Source: Octopus sinensis
Lineage: Eukaryota
Length of the DNA: 11,233 nucleotides
Assembly (NCBI RefSeq): GCF_006345805.1
Contig: NW_021827728.1
Span: forward strand, 1 to 11,233
Direction of reading: 5' to 3'
The position numbers and the translations under genes were made by a program. The notes beneath the pieces were generated by a model. The model was not told where the DNA came from. It worked only from the letters and a program-made list of their open reading frames with translations, and made no database searches. Below, piece by piece: positions 1-8,443 of the stretch (within the stretch, counting starts at the first letter, position 1; every line of letters begins with the position of its first letter).

Positions 1-94
1 AGAGAGAGATAAACTTGACTATTCACAAAACCTGTTCTCTTTCTTTGGTTCTTTATTATAAACGTGTCTCTCTGAATCCGTAGTTTAGTAAATA

Positions 95-216
95 TGTGTG
101 TGTGTGTGTGTGTGTGTAAATATTCAGAAGTATATAGACATATACACACGTTAACACACGCACACACTCACCGCCACACACATGCACACACATGCACGAA
201 CAAACTCATCGGCACA

Positions 217-272
<56 letters not shown>

Positions 273-545
273 TGCATATTTGTATATCACAATTAAATCT
301 ACCTGAGTTCACGTTAATAACGTCTTTAGAAACATATATACGTGTGCGTGTTGCGTGCGTACATCTAAATAAGTACATCCATGCATACATGCATACACGT
401 ACACGAACAAACACAAACACATACACACACACATATATATATAATATATATATATATACGCATACATACATAGACTCACACACACGCATGTATGTTCACA
501 CACACACACACACACTAACATATATATATATACACATGCATACAT
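95..545. repeat. (TG)n/(CA)n/(TA)n compound microsatellite, low-complexity tract
   Basis: Pure (TG)n at 95-117, pure (CA)n at ~223-268, interrupted CA/TA/CATA runs to ~545. Explains the HT/CV-repeat ORFs in the track. Confidence 0.95.
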
Positions 546-706
546 ACGTTACGTACCAAGCCATACATAGCTATACATTACCGTCTTGTATTCAAATCTC
601 TCCAAGGTTTACAGAATCGGCAGTAATCTAACGCATTCGCGAGAACAGACAGGGGAATCATATTTCTCATACTCAAACGAATTACTTAGAAATATATATA
701 GGGCAA

Positions 707-928
707 GAATACCACTGACACAATGGCGTTTACTATTTCCCACTTAATCTCGCTTGCTATATTAAATCACGTGGCGGACACGTGATTAGATTTTTCAGAA
801 TGCGGTTGTGAAACGTAATTAAATTCATGAGGGGTTTTACTTGTCCCTTAAATAGTAATTTGTCTTGATTCTACTGATAATCTGTATGTTGCCTTTATTC
901 CCTGAAGTTATGGAAAAAGATTGCTCAG
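707..928 (+). repeat. ~220 bp non-coding module, copy A1 (A2 at 1930-2152; diverged copy B at 2976-3196)
   Basis: Collinear shared blocks with 2976-3196: GAAT(A/G)CCAC..ACACAAT, TCCCA(C/T)TTAATC, CAC(G/A)TGATTA, TGTGAAACG.AATT, CTTTATT..CTGA.GTTA, GCTCAG. Spans are 222 vs 221 bp. Confidence 0.8.
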
Positions 929-1075
929 CAACATATATGAAGTCACATATCAAGTAAGCCGTTACGCACACAAGACATACACACGCTAACACTAACACAC
1001 ACACACACACATCCATGAAACACACACACACACTATATATATATATATTATAATATATATATATATATATATATA

Positions 1076-1425
1076 TCGTATTTGATGGCCTATATGACGC
1101 ACCACTGCAAAGGACGCATCCTAGCCTAGGGTATATTTTTGTAAAATAAACTACCACTACAATAATGTTTAAATTCCTCCACTTACGTGTATAACTTGAT
1201 GTTATTGCCGGTAATTATAAGCAATTTATTGCATCCACTTTCGATACCGTAGGTGATTGTTCACCAATAGATGGCAGCAGTAAAAGAGAGTACACGTTTT
1301 GCAAACATATATACCGTTTTGAGCTAGTTTTGAGGCTATATTGAGTGCATTGGACGCAGGAGGATTTTAAAAACCATTTTTAAGTACAATAAATAAAGAT
1401 GCGTCTTATAGGCCATCGAATACGG
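1076..1425. mobile_element. Non-autonomous Tc1/mariner-superfamily (Tc2/pogo-like) MITE, 350 bp
   Basis: Left end TCGTATTTGATGGCCTATATGACGCA vs reverse complement of right end CCGTATTCGATGGCCTATAAGACGCA (23/26 match). TA on both sides, inside (TA)n. CCGTA termini are typical of Tc2/pogo-type elements. No transposase ORF. Confidence 0.88.
1264..1279 (+). promoter_or_regulatory. CTCF-like motif inside MITE (second copy at 2470-2485)
   Basis: CCAATAGATGGCAGCA differs from the CTCF core CCASYAGRKGGCRS at one position. Motif match only, binding not shown. Confidence 0.4.
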
Positions 1426-1454
1426 TATATATATATTTATATTTATATTTATAT

Positions 1455-1593
1455 CAGCATGTTGAACCGGCAAACCTTACACAAATGAAATGGTTGCCGG
1501 ACATCTCGCCAGCTAGCCACCTCTTATCAATCCGTTCAATATATGCTAGCATGGAGGACGGATATTAATGATGATGAATGATGATTATGATGA
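1455..1593 (+). mobile_element. Degenerate SINE/LINE 3' tail ending in (TGA)n (second copy 2657-2795)
   Basis: CCGTTCAATATATGCTAGCATGGAGGACGGATATTAA(A)TGATGATGA resembles the common octopus retroposon tail as I recall it (CCGTCCAACCCATGCCAGCATGGAAAACGGACGTTAAATGATGATG). The 5' boundary is uncertain. Confidence 0.65.
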
Positions 1594-1627
1594 AAATAAT
1601 TTACACACCGCAAACTCACACGCAATC

Positions 1628-2829
1628 ACACATACACACACACATAATATATATATATATATAATATTATATATATATAGCATACATACATAGACTCACA
1701 CCACACGCATGTATGTTCACACACACACACACACACTAAATATATATATACACATGCATACATACGTTACGTACCAAGCCATACAGAGCTATACATTACC
1801 GTCTTGTATTCAAATCTCTCCAAGGTTTACAGAATCGGCAGTAATATAATCTAACGCATGCGCGAGAACAGACAGGGGAATCATATTTCTCATACTCAAA
1901 CGAATTACTTAGAAATATATATAGGGCAAGAATACCACTGACACAATGGCGTTTACTATTTCCCACTTAATCTCGCTTGCTATATTAAATCACGTGGCGG
2001 ACACGTGATTAGATTTTTCAGAATGCGGTTGTGAAACGTAATTAAATTCATGAGGGGTTTTACTTGTCCCTTAAATAGTATTTGTCTTGATTCTACTGAT
2101 AATCTGTATGTTGCCTTTATTCCCTGAAGTTATGGAAAAAAGATTTGCTCAGCACATATATGAAGTCACATATACAAGTAAGCCGTTACGCACACAAGAC
2201 ATACACACGCTAACACTAACACACACACACACATACATGGAAACACACACACACACACACTATATATATATATATATATATATATCGTATTTGATGGCCT
2301 ATATGACGCACCACTGCAAGGACGCATCCTAGCCTAGGGTATATTTTTGTAAAATAAACTACCCTACAATAATGTTTAAATTCCTCCACTTACGTGTATA
2401 ACTTGATGTTATTGCCGGTAATTATAAGCAATTTATTGCATCCACTTCGATACCGTAGGTGATTGTTCACCAATAGATGGCAGCAGTAAAAGAGAGTACA
2501 CGTTTTGACAACTATACCGTTTTGAGCTAGTTTTGAGGCTATATTGAGTGCATTGGACGCAGGAGGATTTTAAAAAACCATTTTTAAGTACAATAAATAA
2601 AGATGCGTCTTATAGGCATCGAATACGGTATATATATATTTATATTATATATTATTCAGCATGTTGAACCGGCAAACCTTACACAAATGAAATGGTTGCC
2701 GGACATCTCGCCAGCTAGCCACCTCTTATCAATCCGTTCAATATATGCTAGCATGGAGGACGGATATTAAATGATGATGATGATGATGATGATGAAAATA
2801 CATTTACACACGCAAACTCACACGCAATC
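1628..2829 (+). repeat. Tandem duplication, unit 2 (~1.20 kb)
   Basis: Collinear copy of 417-1627. Differences are mostly 1-nt indels (GGCCATCG/GGCATCG, CAAAGGAC/CAAGGAC, CCACTTTCGA/CCACTTCGA) and microsatellite length changes. Confidence 0.95.
2285..2628. mobile_element. Tc2/pogo-like MITE, duplicate copy
   Basis: Same TIRs and TA flanks as 1076-1425. Carried by the tandem duplication rather than being an independent insertion. Confidence 0.88.
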
Positions 2830-2844
2830 ACACACACACACACA

Positions 2845-2883
<39 letters not shown>

Positions 2884-2888
2884 ACACG
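2829..2888. repeat. (CA)n microsatellite at the right duplication breakpoint
   Basis: Near-pure CA run directly after CGCAATC. Confidence 0.95.
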
Positions 2889-2975
2889 CATGCATTCAAA
2901 TACAAAACATCCACTCCACAAGGAAGGGCGTATAGTAATTCCTAAAGACGTTTTTTTTTTAAATATGTAATACCG

Positions 2976-3196
2976 GAATGCCACCAACACAATAGCTGCT
3001 TGTATCCCATTTAATCCCCCCATGCCGTATCATGTTACGTGAGGTCACATGATTAAATTTCTATGGATGTTGTGTGAAACGAAATTGAAATTTATGCGAC
3101 ATTGTTTCTTGAAATTTAATATTCTTTTGCGACGTTTTTACAACTACGTTGTACTTATTCTTTATTTTCTGAGGTTACGCAAAACTAATAGCTCAG
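2976..3196 (+). repeat. Diverged copy B of the ~220 bp module
   Basis: Collinear alignment by eye to 707-928, roughly two-thirds identical (not computed). The frames I compared on both strands are interrupted by stops. Confidence 0.8.
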
Positions 3197-3350
3197 AACA
3201 CAATGTGCAATATACATAATCACGTGAACTAACATCCAAAAGCATGCGCACAATCTTACTCCCACACACTCTGGTGTATATTTATGTGCGCACGTGTGTG
3301 TACTGCTGCATAATTTCCTTCTGGTTTATTTATATTGTTCCATTTTGCAG

Positions 3351-3401
3351 GATTGGATGCAGTCACTCGAAACCTGCAATGCTCTCGGGGTTTATGGTGA
3401 T
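3351..3401 (+). CDS. Candidate 51-nt internal exon of an unidentified gene (phase 0 reading DWMQSLETCNALGVYGD)
   Basis: Acceptor TTGTTCCATTTTGCAG|G and consensus donor GAT|GTGAGT. Length is a multiple of 3. More GC-rich than the upstream flank. Open in two of three frames (the other reads IGCSHSKPAMLSGFMV). Confidence 0.55.
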
Positions 3402-4661
3402 GTGAGTTCGTTAGTGTTTGCAGATATGCATCTATGCAAGTGTGGTGAACCTACGTTTGCGCAGGGGATGTGCATATCATTCTAGTGCAAAAACAACGTG
3501 TATTCCCTGTTGCTCTTGTTACATGTGTACGAACCTGTGTTGCGTGTGCGTATGTCTGTATGTGTACGCGTGTGTGTGTGTTCCATATGCATATGGCGAA
3601 TGCTTTCGTGGATTCAGAATAAGAATCTCAAATGGAGAATCCTTAAAGTTCTTTGAAATTTTTCACTGTACCGCTAATCGATAATATGTAGAGAAAAGAA
3701 GTAAATTCGTTTTGTTCATTCTTTGCAAGCAACAGTATTCCTAGGTTTGTGCAAATCTGTTGTTGCATAGTCCAGTGCACGTATGATAATAGTCACAAAC
3801 GAAAATCTATAGACTGAATATAAGAGCCCTAAATTTTACATTCGCTCTCAATAGACTCAACTCCACGCACACTTTTGAGGGGTCACATCCACCGGGCAGA
3901 GTGTATCCAAAACAGAACATTACTTCTGCTCCTATTCCCATACAGCAATATCTGGCCCGATGTCATTACACAAATTAATTCTTTTATTGTTTCATCAGTA
4001 TTTTATATCGTTAAGGGTTTGGCTACAATCTGATATGAGTGTCCCTTTAATATAGCATTCAGGATAATTTTCCCTGGGGACAGTAATAGCATTTGGGGCT
4101 GTTTTAGAGACAATCTTCTCTAGAATAGAAAAATATTAGCTTCCGGTCAACTTGGGACATCTATTTATTATATATGGGTGATATATTCCACACTTCCGTG
4201 ATATAATCGATATTTTCTATCTAGAAATATCTTTATTTCTGTTGTTAGGCAGGTATTTTGTAGCTAATCCTACTACTGGATGACAAACGCCGAGCTTTCT
4301 GAGTGAAATGTCTGGCAGCAAGGTGAATGATAATCTCTAAAGGTACATAACAATGCGTAAGTTCGTTTGTAGTTTCGATAATTATACACGATTTTATTAC
4401 AAGTATTTGCAGCAGATATTTCTCCCCCATGTCTCTTGCTAAGAAACTCCGTCCATCCTTTATTCACGTGAAACAGTTGCACACTCAGTGCGTCTATTCA
4501 GGATTTCTTCATCTCACCAGATGATGCTTTGTTTTCGAAACTATGTACACATGCAACGTACTCATTTTTCTCTATTGTTCAAAAGCAATGTTATACAAGC
4601 TCGTATGCTTCCGCGTTTTCGTCCCCTCGTTTAACTTAAATCCTGTCAGAGTCACTATTAA

Positions 4662-5222
4662 CACTTCGTGGGCCGGCAGAGCTGGAGGTACCCAAAAAGC
4701 CATTGGGGTCCCTCGAGACTCCAATTTATCTTAGCTCATTTGCTCACAATACATAAAGTAATATTCGTTTAATCTTGTATTTACATATGTGTGTGTGTGT
4801 TCATGATATAGAACGAGAAATTTAACACTTTATAGGTATATATATATGTATATATATATGTAATTATTAGCATTAATGGAGGGGAATTGAAATATAATTT
4901 ATTGACAGAACAGATTTTATTGAAAAAAATCATGTTTTATTAGCACTAAATATAAAATACAACAAAATTATTTGGAACATCGATTCATACCAGTAAAAAC
5001 GCGAAGAAAATTAATTGACTTATAGTTCATCAGAATGTCTGAAAATAGAACCGAAAAATTCATTTCTCAGATGGCTAATGGGGTCCCGTTGTTATGACAT
5101 CCATATAACTGGAAGGTTTTAAACTCAAAATTCGTACGTGCTTATAAAAACTATTGACAGAAAAAGTCATGAGATATAAAAGTTGCATGGGGTCCCGAGG
5201 GTTCTCGCCAACCCATGAAATG
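4662..5222. mobile_element. piggyBac-like non-autonomous element, 561 bp
   Basis: TTAA at 4658-4661 and 5223-5226. Left end CACTTCGTGGGCCGGC vs reverse complement of right end CATTTCATGGGTTGGC (12/16, all mismatches are transitions). TGGGGTCCC occurs three times, including the quasi-palindrome TTGGGGTCCCTCGAGACTCCAA at 4703-4724. AT-rich non-coding interior. Confidence 0.72.
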
Positions 5223-5959
5223 TTAATGTAGCTCTTACTATCTTTTGTCATGATGTCAGCAGGTATCATTTTAGTCTTTTTCTTATCAATGACGTGCGGT
5301 GAGTGTCTTGTAACGATAACATATGTTCTCCCATGCAATACGTGACCACCTTGCACTAACGTTGGACTTAGGAAATATATTTCTTGTAAATATTTAGTAT
5401 TTCTCCAGTTTTAAGAGTGAAAATGAACTGGAAAATAGCATGGAATCAGGGTGTGATTTTTTAAAAATTCAAGTTGGTGGTGAAGCCAAGAAGTTCCTCA
5501 ACAGAAGGAATCAACCACTCAGCTCCTTTTCATTTTTATTCTCTATGAGGAAATGATAGCTTTTACTAAAGTTCCCTGATCACAATTTACATCTGTGCCA
5601 TGAGTCGAGTACAGTAGTACAAATTTACAAAATTGCCAGTTGCAAATTCAAAATATCACGAAACAAATGGAGATCTACATATAGGTAGATCATATATTTA
5701 CGAAGTACAGCAAGGTATCGATTTAATATCAAAGAATTCACAGTTTAGATAATTCAACAAAAAGATAATTAATCAAAATCGCACAACGCTAGAAAAGGAA
5801 AGGAGAAAAGATCTTGAGATAAGCAATCAAACGTTACTCTTTCGTATTCATTGTTAGACATTTCAAGGTGCGAACCATATCAGATACTGAAGAAGTTTAA
5901 CGAAGAATTTGTCATCTTCGAATAGGCCATAATCCTTTGAATTATATTGTGGAGACTAA

Positions 5960-6349
5960 GGCGGTGAGCTGGCAGAAACGTTAGCACGCCGGGCGAAATG
6001 CGTAGCCGTATTTCGTCTGCCGTTACGTTCTGAGTTCAAATTCTGCCGAGGCCGACTTTGCCTTTCATCCTTTCGAGGTCGATAAATTAAGTACTAGTTA
6101 CGCACTGGGATCGATGTAATCGACTTAATCCGTTTGACTGTACTTGTTTGTCTCCTCTGTGTTTAGCCCCTTCTGGCTAGTAAAGAAATAGGTATTACAT
6201 CTGTCAGAGTTCAAACTTCGCCGTGGTCGACTTTGACCTTCATCCTTTCGGGGTCCGTTATTTAAATACCAGTTGCGTACTGGAGTCGATCTAATCGACT
6301 AGCCCCCTCTCCCAAAATTTCGGGCCTTGTGGCTAGAGTATGAATGATT
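5960..6349 (+). mobile_element. tRNA-derived SINE (octopus-type), dimeric body
   Basis: 5' GGCGGTGAGC head, Pol III A box TGGCAGAAACG (5970-5980), B box GAGTTCAAATTC (6032-6043), central GACTTTGCCTTTCATCCTTTCGAGGTCGATAAATTAAGTAC block. The B box plus central block is repeated from ~6191 with a different tail (CAAAATTTCGGGCCTTGTGGCTAGAGTA). Confidence 0.92.
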
Positions 6350-6355
6350 CTTTAA

Positions 6356-6429
6356 GGCGGCGAGCTGGCAGAAACGTTAGCACACCGGTTTGAGTTCAAA
6401 TTACCCCGTGGTCAACTTTGTCTTTCATC
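6356..6429 (+). mobile_element. 5' fragment of the same SINE, internally deleted and 3' truncated
   Basis: GGCGGCGAGCTGGCAGAAACGTTAGCAC matches 5960 onward. About 36 bp are missing between A and B boxes. Homology ends at CTTTCATC where (CAT)n begins. Confidence 0.9.
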
Positions 6430-6682
6430 ATCGTCATCATGATCATCATAATCATTGTCGTCGTCGTCATCACCATCATCATCACCGTCAAATCATCATC
6501 ATCACCATCATCATCATTATCATCATCATCATCACCGACAGCACTACCACAGACCTCTACTGAATTTACTACTCGACCACTAACGCCTGCCACCATCACC
6601 ACTACCACCATCACCAACAACAGCAACAACAACAACACCAGTACCATCATCATCATCATCATCATCATCACCATCATCATCA
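6426..6682. repeat. (CAT)/(CAC)/(CAA) compound trinucleotide microsatellite
   Basis: Directly visible. Produces the poly-I/S/T and poly-M/D ORFs. Confidence 0.95.
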
Positions 6683-6766
6683 AAAACATCTATAGCAATA
6701 CCTGCAAAAGCATTTGGAGGAACGATACTCTATCAGAACAGAATTAGTAATAACTGTCGTCGAAAT

Positions 6767-6790
6767 AGCAGCAGCAGCAGCAGCAGTAGC

Positions 6791-6883
<93 letters not shown>

Positions 6884-6895
6884 ATAGTAGTAGTA

Positions 6896-6928
<33 letters not shown>

Positions 6929-6944
6929 CAGCAGCAGCAGCAGC
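6767..6944. repeat. (AGC)n-(AGT)n-(AGC)n compound microsatellite
   Basis: Long AGT run with short AGC runs at both ends. Confidence 0.97.
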
Positions 6945-7364
6945 TAATGTTTCAGTCTTTGTTGCTATGATGGTGTTGTTGTTGAAGCTGTTGTATTTGG
7001 TCGTCGTCGTTTATTTTATTAAAACAGTTCAGCTTTCGTGATCGTTGTGTGTCTCTGCCGTCCAAGATGGCGTGCAAGAAAAGACACAAAATTATTCCAT
7101 CATCGCAAACTTAAGTACAAAACCTAAACAAGAAAATAAAATGGAAACAAAAAAAAAAAACATAACCAGCAGAAAAGACAAATAAAAATAACACGTAACG
7201 TAATACAAGCAGAGCCTGCTCCGTGATTATCCTTCCTTTATTTCATCGTGTGTCTTAGCATGCTGGACTTATTGTTGTTGGTTTTGTTTCGCTTTTGTTG
7301 ATGTTCGGTGCTTATTGCCAGATTTTCTTTCTTTTTACTTCGATTTCCTGCTTTTTCGTATCAG

Positions 7365-7373
7365 TTGCGTCAT
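7365..7373 (+). CDS. Candidate 9-nt microexon (TTGCGTCAT; LRH in phase 0)
   Basis: About 40 nt of AG-free, pyrimidine-rich sequence containing TGC and ending in TCAG, then 9 nt, then GTATGT. GTATGT is also the local microsatellite motif, which weakens the donor evidence. Confidence 0.3.
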
Positions 7374-7397
7374 GTATGTGTTTATAAGTCGGTATTT

Positions 7398-7638
7398 ATG
7401 TACGTATGTATGTATATATGTATGTATGTATGTATGTGTGTATGTGTGTATGTATGTATGTGTGTATGTGTGTATGTATGTATGTATGGTGAATGTATGT
7501 ATGTATGTATGTGTGTATGTGTGGATGTATGTATGTATATATGTATGTGTGTATGTATGTGTGGATGTATGTATGTGTGTATTTGTGTATGTGTGGATGT
7601 ATGTATGTATGTATGTGTGTGTGTATGTGTGGATGTGT
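7398..7638. repeat. (TATG)n/(TG)n degenerate microsatellite
   Basis: Directly visible. Produces the CMYV / HTYI ORFs. Confidence 0.95.
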
Positions 7639-7685
7639 CTATGCAAATACCTCTTCCTTCTTGCTCTCTCTCTCTCTCATATTTC

Positions 7686-7833
7686 GCACACACACTCACG
7701 CAAAGCCATATACACACACATACACACGTATATACACAAAGAGCGCACATACACATATTGATGTCGATCTATATTTAATTATATATATTTCTTTACAGAC
7801 ACATACAAACATGTTCGTATATATGTGTGTGTA

Positions 7834-7865
<32 letters not shown>

Positions 7866-7997
7866 CACACATATATACATATATATATATACACACACAT
7901 ATATATACATACATATGCATATTTATACATATACACAAAAATGCATACGTACAATATATAAATGGAGGCACGTATATACGCATGGTCACATTTCTAT

Positions 7998-8037
<40 letters not shown>

Positions 8038-8131
8038 GTATATATGTATATATTTATCTATGTATATATATATATATATCTGTGTGTATGCATTGGTTCT
8101 TACATACTTACATACATACATACATACATAC

Positions 8132-8215
<84 letters not shown>

Positions 8216-8220
8216 CACGC
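7686..8220. repeat. (CA)/(TA)/(CATA) low-complexity tract
   Basis: Directly visible, with a long (TA)n at ~8132-8215. Confidence 0.95.
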
Positions 8221-8411
8221 ACGTATAAATTTCTATTTGCGTTTATGTGTAATCATTACATTGTTATTTTGGCAACACGATTCCTTTGTACGTTCTGAGA
8301 CAGTTTCAAGTACTTCCTGCTTAATTTCCAAATGATTTTATTTTTAATCACTATGGTTTTTTTTTATTATTAGCATTATTACCAGTCTTTATTTTCCTTG
8401 CGTGTTTTCAG

Positions 8412-8443
8412 TGCACCACAGACTGCATCTGTGTATGCCTTGG
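8412..8443 (+). CDS. Candidate 32-nt exon (phase 0 reading CTTDCICVCLG), or start of a terminal exon reading to TAA at 8493-8495
   Basis: Strong acceptor TCTTTTATTTTCCTTGCGTGTTTTCAG. GC-richer island in T-rich unique sequence. Donor TGG|GTGCGT. Open in all three frames over the 32 nt. Confidence 0.45.

Larger units (their letters stand above)
417..1627 (+). repeat. Tandem duplication, unit 1 (~1.21 kb)
   Basis: CATACATACATAGACTCACA at 461 recurs at 1681 (offset 1220). CGCAATC at 1621 recurs at 2823 (offset 1202). Unique sequence between the anchors is collinear and near-identical. Breakpoints lie in (CA)n tracts, so boundaries are approximate. Confidence 0.95.

Noticed and set aside
94-631. 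Overlapping ORFs rich in HT/CV/YI dipeptides
   Set aside because: Translations of (CA)n/(TG)n/(TA)n. Open in several frames and on both strands only because these repeats lack stop codons.
3721-3770. Hairpin TGCAAGCAACAG...CTGTTGTTGCA as a possible pre-miRNA
   Set aside because: Only ~50 nt with bulges, no basal stem extension and no seed I recognise. Small-RNA reads would be needed.
4245-4362. Cluster of splice-like signals (TTAG-GCAG|GTATTT, TTGTAG|, |GTAAGT)
   Set aside because: The enclosed sequence from 4264 has stops in all three frames, and AG|GTATTT is a poor match to the recursive-splicing AG|GTAAGT consensus.
5409-5547. Acceptor-like TTTCTCCAG followed by a 45-codon open frame (FKSENELENSMESG...)
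   Set aside because: Short pyrimidine tract, no convincing donor, no recognisable homology, and its phase does not fit the phase-0 reading of the other candidates. Cannot be fully excluded.
5960-6050. tRNA gene
   Set aside because: A and B boxes are present but no cloverleaf is evident, and it continues into a repeated SINE body.
6396-6747. ORF resembling signal peptide + Ser/Thr mucin stalk + TM helix
   Set aside because: Produced by (CAT)/(CAC) repeats and starts inside a SINE fragment. Poly-Ile stretches are frame artefacts.
7062-7072. YY1-like / start-codon-like CCAAGATGGCG
   Set aside because: Single motif. The ATG frame stops after 15 codons (MACKKRHKIIPSSQT) and there is no CpG-rich promoter context.
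7308-8335. Longest ORFs in the window (up to 280 aa, CMYV/HTYI repeats)
   Set aside because: Entirely (TATG)n/(TA)n/(CA)n microsatellite with no domain-like composition. Not a metallothionein or other Cys/His-rich protein.
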